Below are positions 1 to 17,010 of a DNA stretch of 64,000 bases, piece after piece. Each line of letters starts with the position of its first letter. Position 1 is the stretch's first letter. The DNA is from the human T2T-CHM13v2.0 reference genome, Homo sapiens: the NCBI RefSeq assembly GCF_009914755.1, contig NC_060927.1. One strand, written 5' to 3'. A program made the position numbers and the translations under genes. The notes under the pieces were generated by a model that worked only from the letters and a program-made list of their open reading frames with translations, had not been told where the DNA came from and did not search any database.

Positions 1-3575
<3,575 letters not shown>

Positions 3576-4375
3576 CAAGGACAAAATAACAGAAAACTAA
3601 AACAAGGACAACTTTTTAAAGAGTACATGATAATCAATATTCCAATTAATTAATTTACATCTATTTAGGAATTATGAAGAGCCAAATACTATGGGAGATT
3701 CAAGAGTTTAACTTACCTTATATGTTTAATACCTAGGTGGAACAATAAATTTATATATTTATAAATGTTATGTAATTGCATATAATACATAAATTACAAT
3801 AATGAAGTCATTATCTTCAGTACTGTTTACTTTCTTTAGTGCAATACCAGTTATAGTCTCCCTAGGGCTGCTGCACTTCAACTAGTATCTTTAGGGTCTT
3901 TCAACAGACTGTGTAATATCCTACCATTTTCTTAGCCTATTTTCTCCCTGTCATAAGTAAGAAAGCATACCTCGTCCAAAGGGAATTTTTATCCACGTCT
4001 AAAATGCTGCAACTAATTATGGGATGAATAACAATTTCCTAAAATTTTGCCTGACACCATATTTTCCAGCGTAAATGAAAACAGGAAAAAATCATATATA
4101 GTCACAAAGAAATTAAGAAATCTTGGATAAAGCCAGTCAGGTAAATGTATCCACCTCTTATACTTACTAAATTTGAAAGACAGTATACATGTAACTGGAA
4201 CAACAACAAAAAAAACTCTTCTTTCAATGCATTTATTTTGGTCATTTTTGAGCCCTGTAAGAAATTATGGTGGCCCAGAACTGACGTCTACTTGCTTTCA
4301 TGAGGTCACTCTAAAAACCAACATTATTTTATCTAGATGAAATACATTTTTATGTATTATAAAAATGTTATAATT

Positions 4376-7300
4376 ATGAGGTTGATTTTAGAATAAGTGC
4401 TATGTGATGCAAGACTGTATATTCTGTTGATTTGGGATGAAGAGTTCTATAGAAGTCTATTAGACCTGCTTGGTCCAGAGCCGAGTTCAGTTCTGAATAT
4501 TCTTGTTAATTTTTTGACAATAATTATTTTGACAATATTATTTTGTTAATAATATTGACAGTGGGGTGTTAAAGTCTCCCACTATTATTGTGTGGGAGTC
4601 TAAATCTCTTTGTAGGTCTCTAAGAACTTGCTTTATGAATCTGCGTGTAATTTAAAGTAAAACACTCCTCAGGAAATGCAAAAGAATGAAAATCATAACA
4701 ATCTCTCAGACAACAGTGCAATGAAATTAAAACTCAGTATTAAGAAACTCACACAAAACCACACAACGGCATGTAAACTGAACAACGTGATCCTGAATAA
4801 CTACTGGGTAAATGACAAAATTAAAGCAGAAATAAATAAGTTATTTGAAACCAATGAGAACAGAGACACAATGTACTAGAATCTGTGGGACACATCTAAA
4901 GTAGTGTCTAGAGGGAAATTTATAGCACAAAATGCCCACAGGAAAAAGTGGGAAATATCTAAAATCTAATAAAGAAGAAAAGAGAGAAACATCAAATAGA
5001 CACAATAAAAAATGAGAAAAAAGAGATCGCCACTGATCCCACAGAAATACAAACTACCATCAGAGAATATTATAAACACCTCTACACAAATAAACTAGAA
5101 AATCTAGAAGAAATGGATAAACTAATGGACACATACACCCTCCCAAGACTAAACCAGGAAGAAGTCGAATTCCTGAATAGACCAATAACAAGCTCTGAAA
5201 TTGAGGCAGTAATTAATGGCCCACCAACCAAAAAAACTCCAGGACCAGGCGGATTCACAGCCAAATTCCACCAGAGGTCCAAAAAGGAGCTGGTACCATT
5301 CCTTCTGAAACTATTTCAAACAAAAGAAAAAGAGGGGCTCCTCTCTAACTCATTTTATGAGGCCAGCATCATCCTGATACCAAAACATGGCAGAGACACA
5401 ATAAAAATAGAAAATTTCAGGCTACTATCCCTAATGAACATCAATGTGAAAATCCTCAATAAAATACTGGCAAACTGAATCCAGCAGCCCACTAAAAAGC
5501 TTATCCACCACAATCACATCAGCTTCATCTCTGGGATGCAAGGCTGCTTCAACATACACAAATCAATAAACGTAATCCATCACATAACCCGAACCGGTGA
5601 CAAAAACCACATGATTATCTCAATAGATGCAGAAAAGGTATTCAGTAAAATTCAACATACTTTCATGCTAAAAACACTCAATAAACTAGGTATTGATGGA
5701 ACTTATCTCAAAATTATAAAAGCTATTCATGACAAACCCACAGCCAATATCAGAATGAATAGGCAAAAGCTGGAAGCATTCCCTTTGAAAACCAGCATAA
5801 GACAAGGATACTCTCTGTCACCACTTCCTATTCAACATAGTATTGGAAGTTCTGGCTGGGGCAATCAGGCAAGAGAAAGAAATAAAGCGTATTCAAATAT
5901 GAAGAGAGGAAGTCAAATTATCTCTGTTTGCAGATGACATGATTGTATATTTAGAAAACCTCATCATCTCAGCCCCAAAACTACTTAGGATGATAAGCAA
6001 CTTCAGCAAAATCTCAGGATACAAAATCAATGTGCAAAAATCACAAGCATTCCTACACAGCAATAATAGACAAACAGAAAGCCTAATCATGAGTGAACTC
6101 CCATTCACAATTGCTACACAGAGAATAAAATACCTAGGAATACAACTTACAAGGGATGTGAAGGACCTCTTTAAGGAGTACTACAAACCACTGCTCAAGG
6201 AAATAAGAGAGGACACAAATAAAGGGAAAAACATTCCATACTCATGGATAGGAACAATCAATATTGTGAAAATGGCCTTAGTGCCCAAAGTAATTTATAG
6301 ATTCAGTGTTATTCCCATCAAGATAACATTGACTTTCTTCACAGAAATAGAAAAAACTACTTTAAACTTCATATGGAACTAAAAAAGAGCCAAGAACAAT
6401 ACTAAGCAAAAGAATAAAGCTGGAGGCATCACACTACCTGACTTCAAACTATACTGCAAGGCTACAGTAACAAAAACAGCATGATACTTGTGCCAAAACA
6501 GATATATAGACCAATGGAACAAAACAGAGGCCTCAGAAAAAAACACCACACATCTACAACCATCTGATCTTTGACAAACCTGACAAAAACAAGCAATAGG
6601 GAAAGGATTCGTTATTTAATAAATTGTGTTGGGAAAACTGGCTAGCCATATGCAGAAAACTGAAACTGGATCACTTCCTTATACCTCATACAAACATTAA
6701 CTCAAGATAGATTAAGACTTAAAGGTATAACCTAAACCCACAAAAACCTGAGAAGAAAATCTAAGCAATACCATTCAGGACATAGGCATGAGGAAAGGCT
6801 TTATGACTAAAACACCCAAAGCAAGGACAACAAAAGCCAAAATTGATAAATGGGATCTAATAATACTAAAGAGCTTCTGCACAGCAAAACATTCATCAGC
6901 ATGAACAGACAACCTACAGAATCACAGAAAATGTTTGCAATCTATCCATCTGACAAAGGGCTAATATCCAGAATCTACTAAGAATTTAAACAAATTTACA
7001 AGAAAAAGCAAACAACCCTATTAAAAAGTGGGCAAAGGATATGAACAGGCCCTTTTCAAAAGACATTTATGTAGCCAGAAAACATGAAAAAAGCTTATCA
7101 TCACTGGTAATTAGAGAAACGCAAATCAAAACCACAATGAGATACCATCTCACGCCACTAGAATGGCGATAATTAAAAAGTCAGGAACAACAGATGCTGG
7201 AGAGGATGTGGAAAAATAGGAATGATTATACACTGTTGGTGGGGTGTGAATTAGTTCAACCATTGGGGAAGACAGTGTGGCAATTCCTCAAGGATCTAGA

Positions 7301-7901
7301 ACTAGAAATACTATTTGACCCAGCAATCCCATTACTGTGTATATATGCAAAGAATTATAAATCATTTTACTATAATAACACATGCACACATATGTTTATT
7401 GCAGCACTATTCACAATAGCAAAGTCTTGGAACCAACTGAAATTCCCATCAATGATAGAATGGATAAAGAAAATGTGGCACATATACACCATGGAATACT
7501 ATGCAGCCATAAAAAAAGAATGAGTTCATGTCCTTTGCAGGGACGTGGATGAACTGGTAACCATCATTCTCAGCAAACCAGCACGGGAACAGCAAAGTAA
7601 CACAGGAACAGAAAACCAAACGCTGCATGTTCTCACTCATAAGTGGTAGTTGAACAATTACAACATATGGGCACAGGGTGGGGAGCATCAAATACCAGGG
7701 CATGTCAGGGGTTGGGGGGGCAAAGGAGGGATAGCATTAGGAGAAATACCTAATGTAGATGATGGGTTGATGGGTGCAGCAAACCACCAATGCACATGTA
7801 TACCTATGTAACAAACCTGCACGTTCTGCACATGTATCCCAGAACTTAAAGTATAATAAAAATAAATAAATAAATATGATTAAAATAAACTATTGTTTAG
7901 A
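4376..7901 (+). mobile_element. L1PA8-like 5'-truncated L1 with 5' inversion (inverted part about 4376-4647, sense part 4648-7876)
   Basis: ORF2 RT fragments (5113-6382), L1PA8-type 3' UTR (ggagaaatacctaatgtagatgatgggttgatgggtgcagc); 15-bp TSD aaaaatgttataatt at 4361-4375 and 7902-7916. Confidence 0.93.
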
Positions 7902-8039
7902 AAAAATGTTATAATTGTTGTTATTTATTACATTTCGTGGGGTTTAGTGTGTGGAATAGTGGAAATAATTTTCTGTCTTATATTGATTAATACAATTTTG
8001 TTCGTCTTGTACAATTAGTTCTTTTTATCTCATAGGCAT

Positions 8040-9760
8040 CGGAAATTATGATATTGGCAAGGTTCCTTTTCCTCCCAGCCACACTTTAATTGGCCACTTC
8101 AGAAAGCTTAGTGTAAAATCACTTGTTCCATATCTCTCACCCTGGCTTTACTCTCAGTCCAAGTATTAAAGAGGAATGTTGTTTTCTTCACCCTAGCATC
8201 TAACTTATTGATATTTTTCAAGTTGAAAATTGATAAAATTATGTCTCTCTGATGCTAATATACATTTCTTATTAACAGATACAGATGAACAGCTTTTAAT
8301 GTCTTAAAATTCATTAATGTTTCTTATTGATTGAAAAATTTCTTTTTGTATTTCACACATACAATTGTGGCTTCTTCCCCTATTTCTCTTAAAGAGCTCT
8401 TCTATATTATGTAAATTACTTGTCTCTGGGTCATAGATATCAAAAATTATATTATTTTATTTTTCTTTTTATTCAATTTTCTTTAGCACATTTGCTGAAT
8501 ATTTATCAAAGTAAATCTTATTAATAATGGATAAATGTTATTAATATTTTTATTTTGTACAAAATATCTTTTAATATTAATTGCTTAATATTAATTTATT
8601 CATGTATTTTCATTAGAACGTTTCTCTTGTAGACAACATAAAATTGGATTTTGTTTTTCTATCAATTCCAATAATTTCTTATTTTTATTGAAAGGCCCTA
8701 TTTAAATTTAATGTAAATATAGTATGATTAAATTTAGCTGTTTTTTTTTTTCTGCTCTCTGTTTTATAATTCTCTCATCTAATTGTATTTGTTGTAGTGG
8801 TTCTTTTTTTAAATTTCTATATTCGTCTTCTTTTCTGTTAAATATGTTTAATATTCCATATCAATGCTTAAATTTGCTTTCCAGTTACAATTGGCATTAT
8901 TTTTAAATTGTTAATATTGATTAAAATATTCACTTCATCATTACAATTTACTTAAAGTTAGTATTGTTAAAATATAGACATTTTACAAGAGCACATATTT
9001 TTCTTTGGTGTCTTCTTGATTTTCTTTTCATCCTTGACTTTCAGAAGTGTTACTATAATAAGCTCAGTTATATTTTATTTAATAATTTTTGATTATTTGG
9101 ATTACTACAAGCTAATGCTAATCATCTTATTTAAATGTTTTAGGCCATTATTTATGAAAATAAATTTTCTGTCTCTCAGCTCATTTTTGCTCTTGGATTT
9201 ATCTGAGACAAATTATGTGTTTGACAACTTAATTTTTTCTCTCACGTCTCTCAGGCTCTGTTTATTTTTCTTCAAACATTTTCTTTATATTATTCAAGAT
9301 AAATGTTCATCTTAAGCAATTAACAAATTCCCTGACTTTTTCTTCTGTTATCAGCAATCTGCTTTTGTCAATATAGTGAATTTTTTAAAAAGATAATTAT
9401 TGTATATTTTAGTTTTGGAATTTTCATTTGGTTATTTTTTATAGTTTCTATGTCTTTTTGTCTTTTTTTCTGTCCACTTACTCATTAAGACCAGATTTTC
9501 CTTTAATGCTTTGAAAATATTTCTAGTTATTTAAATATAGTCACAATAGCTAGTTTATTTGTCTGACATAATAAGTACATGAAGTCAGCTTCTATTTTGT
9601 TGCCCCCTTTTCTTTTTTTTCCTGATTGTGGTCACATTTTCTGTTTGTACTCATGTACAATGAATTTTATTTGAAAACTGGACTTAGGGGTTAATGTGAC
9701 TTAATGGCTTTTAAATGTTCAGGTGTTTGTTTGTTTTGTTTTGTTTTAGTAAGGTAATCT
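8040..9760 (-). mobile_element. Highly degraded ancient L1 fragments (L1ME/L1M5 type)
   Basis: T-rich patches resembling old L1 ORF1/ORF2 on the minus strand (e.g. tctcttgtagacaacata...ggattttgtttttctatcaattc); boundaries approximate. Confidence 0.5.
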
Positions 9761-10519
9761 AGTACAAACTGCAAAATTGATCTCCTAATTGGTGACTATT
9801 GATGTGCCTGCTCAGTTATTTCAGCTTCCAGCCCCTATTTTCCTTTCATGACCTCCTTTACAATTTACAATCATTGCTATACTAGTTTAAGGTATTAGAG
9901 AATGGAGTTTAGGGCTGATAGAGCCCCAAAATTAAAGTGGAAATTTAGCCATTTTAATTTCTTTTGAATTACATGATTACAGAATAAAGTTTAACAGTTT
10001 TTTAAAATTGTTTTTGGACTTAGCACATACCTCAATAGTTTTATTCTGTCAAGTTCTTTCTGTGATTACTCTACTAACAAGAGTTACAAAAGATCAATTT
10101 ATTCAATTTTGTTTCCCATTTTAAAAGACTGATTTTTAAATTTTGTTTAAATCTACATTTATGTAATGTATCATCGCCTCACTCTAAATCTATACAACAA
10201 AGTGCATTGAGAGAAATCTGGTTTTAATCTATGGTCTTCAGTCCGTGGTCTCTGTCTTACTTTATGGTTTATCTCTTTTTTAAATGTTAGTATTCATTGT
10301 ATTATTTATTTAAAAAGGAAATTTTATATATATATATATATGTATGGTCATTTTGGCACAGTACATTTATGCATCAATATACAGAAAATTAATGTTTACA
10401 TTTTATTTTGAATCTGCAGGGAAAAACCTCAACAACCCCCCCCCCCCAAAATCTATATACTATTTTACAGTAACTTTTGTTTTAATATAATAATACAATC
10501 AGAACTCAATGACTGATTT

Positions 10520-11300
10520 TAATTATTTTAAAATTGTTGAGTCCTGTGTAAAGGTCCAGAATGTAGTATATATTTGGCATGGCATATATTTCATAATATC
10601 TTGAAAAATGTATATTATGCTTTTTTGGATATGGTGCCCAATAGATGTCAATTATATTCTGTTGAGTGTTTTGCTTCACATATGTTAGTAGCTCTAGTGT
10701 TTGGTGCATACACATTTAGAATTGCTACACCATCTTGGTTTATTGATCCTATAATTATTTCATATTGCTCCCTCTTCCTGGTAAGTTTCTTTGCTCTGAA
10801 GTCTACTTTATCAAATAGTAATAAAATAACCCTTGATTTCTTATGATTAATGTTTACTAGACACTTCTCTTTTCATCCCTTGACTTTCAACATATTTATA
10901 AGATATTTGAAGCAAATTTCTTGTGAACAGCCTATGGTGGTCCCACTAATATACTCTGATAATATCCTCGCTTTAGTTGGTATATTTAGAGTAGTTGTAT
11001 TTAGTGTAATGATTAATATGCTAGTGCTAAAGTCTGCCTTGCTCTCTCTCTCTCTCTATATATATATATCACCTCATTCATATATGTATATTTATTGTTT
11101 GTTTGTTTCCCTGTTTTTATTTTTTCTGTTTTCCCTCAGGATAGGATACTTCAACTTTGATTTTTATTTATCTATAAGTATTTTGAAGTATATTTCTATG
11201 TCTAAAAATGTTGAATTTGAGTCATTTTTAAAATTATCTTTGGTGCTTATTTTGTATATTTTCTGTCTTCTTTTGACCAACATACTTTGAAAAACATACT
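10520..11300 (-). mobile_element. Old L1 (L1MC/ME) endonuclease-region fragment
   Basis: gctctagtgtttggtgcatacacatttagaattg...ctctgaagtctactttatc matches the reverse strand of old L1 ORF2 5' region. Confidence 0.7.
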
Positions 11301-11380
11301 AAAAATTATTTAATTCATTTTTGTTGAAAGAGCTCTACATTCTTTGGAAATATAAAATAAGGTTTACCTATTTAAAATGC

Positions 11381-11500
11381 CATCTATCTATCATCTGTCT
11401 ATCATCTATCTGTATATATGTATTATATATTACATTATGTATTATTATATATTATATTATATATTATATGTATTATTATATATTATATATGTGTTATATT
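11381..11500. repeat. (TCTA)n / (TATAT)n low-complexity microsatellite
   Basis: Directly visible. Confidence 0.85.
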
Positions 11501-11700
11501 AATATTTTTGCTGTTACATATAGTATTTTTATATCATATCTTGATGTAGCTGCATCTATTTTCTAATGTATAAACTTATTTTAGTTTCTAGTTAAAAGAT
11601 TTTCTGGCTTTATAAAGCAAGATATTTTTATACCTTTAAATTTGAGAATATGCCTACTTTTAAAATGTTAATAGAACACTTAAAAATGTTTATACATTAG

Positions 11701-12028
<328 letters not shown>

Positions 12029-12980
12029 TTGACATATTAAGCCACAAAATCCTTAACAAATCTGGAAATAAGTTAAATTTAACTTTATGTTAATACAATA
12101 AATATAACTTTAAATATGAATTTACATTAAAGCATAAAAACTAAGATAAAAACACAAATATGCAGCATCTTAAACTATTTGTAAAAGTCACATAAGCATA
12201 TTCTGTTAAAGAATGTTGGGTTAGCTTCAAAATATTAAAGATGAAAACAACATTTTTCTAAAGTCTTAAAATTTTGTTAAAGAATAGCTTACATTAAAGA
12301 TCATATAATTAATGCTGTTAATAAATAAGAAAGATGAGATAAATTGAACATTTATGTAAACAACTTAATACATGAGACTAAGAATGAGGATAGCATGCAT
12401 AGAAGAGAATGACTTTACCTGCACTATTTTTAATTTTACAATAAGTATTATTCACGTTACTCAAATACAAAAAAAGAAAGATATGACAATTCACTACAAA
12501 GGAAAGCAGTTCAATAAAGACAAATTTTAGAATGAGTAAATTAGAAAGCAGAAATGTAATTGAGTTCATTAATGAGCATAAAACTTATTCTTAAAGAAAT
12601 ATAAACAATTTGTTCTTCTAATCTAAAAGCTCATCAGTGACCATTATGCAAAATTTAAAATAAAGTTGGGGAAATATTTTATTATGCAAAATTTTGCTTT
12701 ATTTAAAAATTTTATAGAAAATATTTAATAAAATAACTTATTGGGGGTGCTTAATTTTATAAATTTCAGGCAGTTCCTCAACATGTTTAAAATAATAATT
12801 TTTAAAAATCTGTAAATGATTGACACATTACCTGAGAACCATTAATATACATCACCTTATAAATATTTGAACTTCTATCTGTACTTAGTTTATGTGAACC
12901 ACCTTCATTTTTATTTTTACACTAAGTAGGAATCATGTAAATTCTAATCCTACAACACATTACTTTTTGCCCTGGAACAG

Positions 12981-13012
<32 letters not shown>

Positions 13013-13031
13013 ACACTCATAAATACACACA
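12981..13031. repeat. (CA)n microsatellite
   Basis: Directly visible. Confidence 0.9.
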
Positions 13032-13039
13032 CTCCTCTT

Positions 13040-13705
13040 CTCTTCATTTCTTCTTCTCTGTACTCACTGGCTGAAGATTTTATTTTGCTTCATGGTTTAA
13101 GTATCTCCTATAGTTAAAAATTTCCAATTTTTTTACACTAAATCTTAGATTCAGGTTTGTATGTTCAGTAACTTACTTGACTTCTAGTAGACACAACTTA
13201 CCTAATCCGTGGGAAATTGAACTGTTCTCCCTTTAAATCTGCTCGTCTTAATTTTTCCAATACAGTAAATAGAATATATCTCTTACGCTTTTCAAGTCAA
13301 CATCTTACAATGGTACTTTCTTTCTCTATATACAAACAAACTACCAAGAAACATTCACACTCTATCAAGAAAGAGCTCCAATGTATTCAGTGTGCAACCA
13401 TTTTTCACATACCTTTTCACTGACTATAAGATACATATATGATCTGGTCCTCTTCTAACTTTTTTGATTCTTTTTTAAATTTACTCCTCTTAAACCATTC
13501 TATTATATCTACACTTGCATTCTTGATTTTCTTCAAGCTATTGCCCTTCTAATTTATAGCACTTGCTAATATCTGCTGTATTACCTGTTTTTGTATATTG
13601 ATTTCCCCTTTTCTTAAATACAGCCTTACTTAATCACTCCTATATGCCCATAGCTTGGAATTATGGGTGGCACATAGTTATTTGTAAAACATTCATTACA
13701 TTCAT
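13040..13705 (+). mobile_element. L2 relic
   Basis: L2-like motifs (tcatggtttaagtatc; acttacttgac; 3' gtggcacatagt); very diverged. Confidence 0.55.
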
Positions 13706-14699
13706 TAAAAATTGAGTAGTGAAATACCTAATCATTCCCAAATGAAAGTGCCTATGATGTTCAAAGAAAGATGTATTTCTAAAATTAGAGTAGGGACATT
13801 GGTCTCAATCTTCTAATATTAAAAGGGGGCAAAAATCTGGCATAGTCAAGTATGGAAAACATTCTATGCCAGAGAAATGAGGTCTACTGGTCATGTCTCC
13901 ACGCCACATATGATGGTCTAGTATCTTCTTGCAAAAAAGCAGCATGGCTTAATTTCAAGAGAGAAATTAAGGTTGCGAAAACAAGAAGATAAGTTAATGG
14001 AAGAAATAAAAAATAAATTATTGTGATTCTGTTACATGCCAGACAATGTGTTTAGTGGTAGTATAAATAGTATTTCAAAATATCCTTTATTTTTTCAGAG
14101 CAGTTATTGAAATTCAGTTGTTCAGATTTATTTAATAACAAGTTACAGACGAAACAATGTAAGGGTGACAAGTGGGGATGGAAATGCTGTTCTGTCTAAT
14201 CTCAGAATTCATGTTATTTGCTCAAAACCAAGTTACCTCTTGCCTGGATAACTTATGTGAGATGATTTTCAATACAAGATGAATTGTCTATTTTGAAATC
14301 ACTAATGTAGTCAAAGAGGCATTCCAGGTTTTGAAGAATATATAATATGAGGCAGAATAAAATTCAGACACTGTCCAAAGATGAGATAAAATATCAACAT
14401 CAGTCAACCCAACAATAAAACCACAACAGAAAACCCAACCAACAAACATTGATAATAGTTTTCTTTACACGACCTATAGTTGAAATGTAGGATGCACGTC
14501 AAATTAAGCTGTTTTCAGAAGTCAGTATGCATTATCTCCCACATTATTTGGGGGCCATATAGAGACTCTTTTACAGAGCTATTAACCAGGTATTCAGAAA
14601 TACAGGCTGCCTTTTTGATGTACATGTATAAAATTAAGACATAAAATTACTACTTTAAAATTTCTTCTAGTAGTTTTTTGTTTTTCACCGACTATTCTT

Positions 14700-15037
14700 T
14701 CTTTTATTTTTTTCTTTTTTCGTTTTTCTATCTTTTTTTTTTTTTTTTGAGACAGTCTCACTCTGTCACCCAGGCTGTACCAGGCTGTAGTGCAGTGGCA
14801 CGAACTTGGCTCACTGCAACCTCTGCCTCCTGGGTTCAAGTGATTCTCCTGCCTCAGCCTCCCAAGTAGCTGGGATTATAGGTAAATGCCACCACGCCCA
14901 GCTAATTTTTGTATTTTTAGTACAGACAGTGTTTTGCCATGTTGGCCAGGCTGGTCTTGAACTCTTGACCTTACACGATCAGCCTGCTTCGGCCTCCCAA
15001 AGTGCTGAGATTACAGGCGTGAGCCACCTCGCCCGGA
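14700..15037 (-). mobile_element. AluS (Sx/Sz-like)
   Basis: Full dimer with degraded T-rich tail; TSD gactattctt at 14690-14699 and 15039-15048; internal 10-bp duplication ccaggctgta. Confidence 0.93.
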
Positions 15038-15709
15038 TGACTATTCTTAAATGTGATGGTGAGCCCAACTATTAAAAATATTCAAAGAGTCGTCAAGAGC
15101 AAAATTTGAAATTATCATTTTTGCAGTAAAGATGCTGGATTTCTGGGGTGATTTATACCATTAATACCAAAAATTGTTACAGATATCAATATGAAAATGA
15201 ATGGATGAGGCTAGGGTTCTAAATTGAAGTGCTTGGCTAGGTTTCACTGGGAAGTGTGTTTTCTACATGATGCTCAAACAGGTGAGGAGAAATTCTGATG
15301 TGCTTGAAAATGTATCTGAAACTGAGAATTAAGGCAAATAGCTGTATTGTATTTCTATCTAGTAATTTCATTACAGGAGTAAAGTCCATCCAAATATTAC
15401 CTAAAGAAATGTTCCTAGTTTGATTCATTATTTACTTACTTAGTATGTTCCTAAAAAGTCATTATTTATGAATATGTAGGGCAATAATAAGTTTTAGACA
15501 CAATTCAGCAAGTATCTCTATAAATATCCTAATTTTTCAAATGCTTTTCAAGTGAGCCGTAATTCCTTACTCATACATCATTAAAGTTAAATACAGTTTC
15601 TGTAACATTCATTTTAGATTTACATTAAAGTCACAATTTTACTTTTTTTGAAAAATGTGATTAGACACTTCATTAATTAATGGATTAGGTAAGGTTTTTG
15701 ACACGTTTT

Positions 15710-15979
15710 TATACTCTGAATGCTTATATATGTTGAAATCCTAGCCCTAAATATTGTGGTATTAGGAGGTGGGCCGTTTGGGGATAAGTCATGACAGTGA
15801 AGCTCTCATGACTGGGTTTAGTGCCCTTATAAAAGGGACCCCAGAGAGCTCTCTCATTCTTTTCCCACCATGTGAAGATAGAAGGAAACTAGCCTCCAAA
15901 ACTTTGAGAAATAAATTTCTGTTGTTCATAAGACATCCTGTTTATGGTACTTTATTATTACATTTGAACTACTAAGGCA
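15710..15979 (+). mobile_element. MLT1A-like MaLR solo LTR, internally deleted
   Basis: tatgttgaaatcct...gtattaggaggtggg...gcccttataaaagggaccccagagagct...aataaatttctgttg...actaaggca. Confidence 0.8.
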
Positions 15980-16479
15980 GATGTTTATTTTATATTTTTA
16001 ATGGAGTCATGATTTAACCCTTTTGAATATTTTATTTTTAAATGTATGCTCAAAAGAGAAGAAAAATTCCAGCTGGAAAATCTGCACTGTGTCATATCCA
16101 AAAGCTGATAATAGAAGGGTGAACAATGAGCTCATCTGCTAAGAGAAATGAAAATAAGAAGGAATCAAATGGAATGAACCATTCAAATAAAGTGTTTCTA
16201 AAGAAAAAATATGCAGAATGAGAGAGGAATGGTATTTACCTTTCCTGTCAATCTTAGATGGGTGGCATTGGGGTAGAGTATAGTGCTTAAGTGACCTTGG
16301 CAGAATAAGGAAAGGTATAGATTTGTCAATTTTTAAAAGTGATTGACAGGTTTGTAAAAATACTCATATTTTAAAGTTCAAGAGCCCTTTGTTACTAAAT
16401 AAATATGATCTCATAAGAGATAATACCAACTAGTTTAATTCACTGTTTTTCATGTTCTTATTTACGTGCCTTTATATTA

Positions 16480-16595
16480 TCTACACTGTCTGCTCCTTGA
16501 TAGCAGGGACTTTATCTGAATCACCACTGTATATGCAGAGCCCATCAAGGAAGCTTGGAAAAAATAGATGATCAATAATGACTGCATGAATGAAT
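16480..16595 (+). mobile_element. L2 3' end fragment
   Basis: gctccttgatagcagggact...tcaataatgactgcatgaatgaat (L2 terminal TGAA repeat). Confidence 0.6.
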
Positions 16596-16714
16596 ACGGG
16601 AAAATGCCAATTTGTCTACTGTCTTCAACCCACGAATTTGGTCTACTTTCAATATCTTATCTTCTGTCTTCTGTGATTCAAATGGTACCTAAATCTCAGG
16701 CTTTCCGTTATTCT

Positions 16715-16836
16715 TTTTAATTTTTTTTTTATTTTACTTTAAGTTCTGGGATACATGAGCAGAACGTGCCGGTTTGTTACATGGGTATACATGTGCTATG
16801 TGCATGCGGGGCTGAAAACCTAGATGATGGGTTGAT
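16715..16836 (-). mobile_element. Miniature L1PA10-like 3' end with 5' inversion
   Basis: Antisense L1 3' end 16715-16800 followed by sense tgcatgcggggctgaaaacctagatgatgggttgat; 17-bp TSD aggctttcYgttattct at 16698-16714 and 16837-16853. Confidence 0.88.
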
Positions 16837-16904
16837 AGGCTTTCTGTTATTCTAATACAATGTGTTGTTTTCTTGTAGCCACCTCGTTCTCCATCTCCTA
16901 CATA

Positions 16905-17010
16905 TTAGTAAGTACCTGAAGAATAGATACTTTATTTAACTGTTGTAAGCATCACCTAGAAACTGGTACAAAATAGTGTCAATAAATATTTGGTGAACTC
17001 AACTGAATGT
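16905..17010 (+). mobile_element. L2 3' end fragment
   Basis: cacctagaaactggtaca...tcaataaatatttggtgaa. Confidence 0.6.

Noticed and set aside
5113-6382. Reverse-transcriptase-like ORFs (possible retron/DGR-type system)
   Set aside because: Fragments of L1 ORF2 broken by stops and frameshifts within an ordinary truncated L1
8724-11566. Hydrophobic F/L/I-rich ORFs resembling membrane proteins
   Set aside because: Translation of T-rich antisense old L1 and (TA)n sequence
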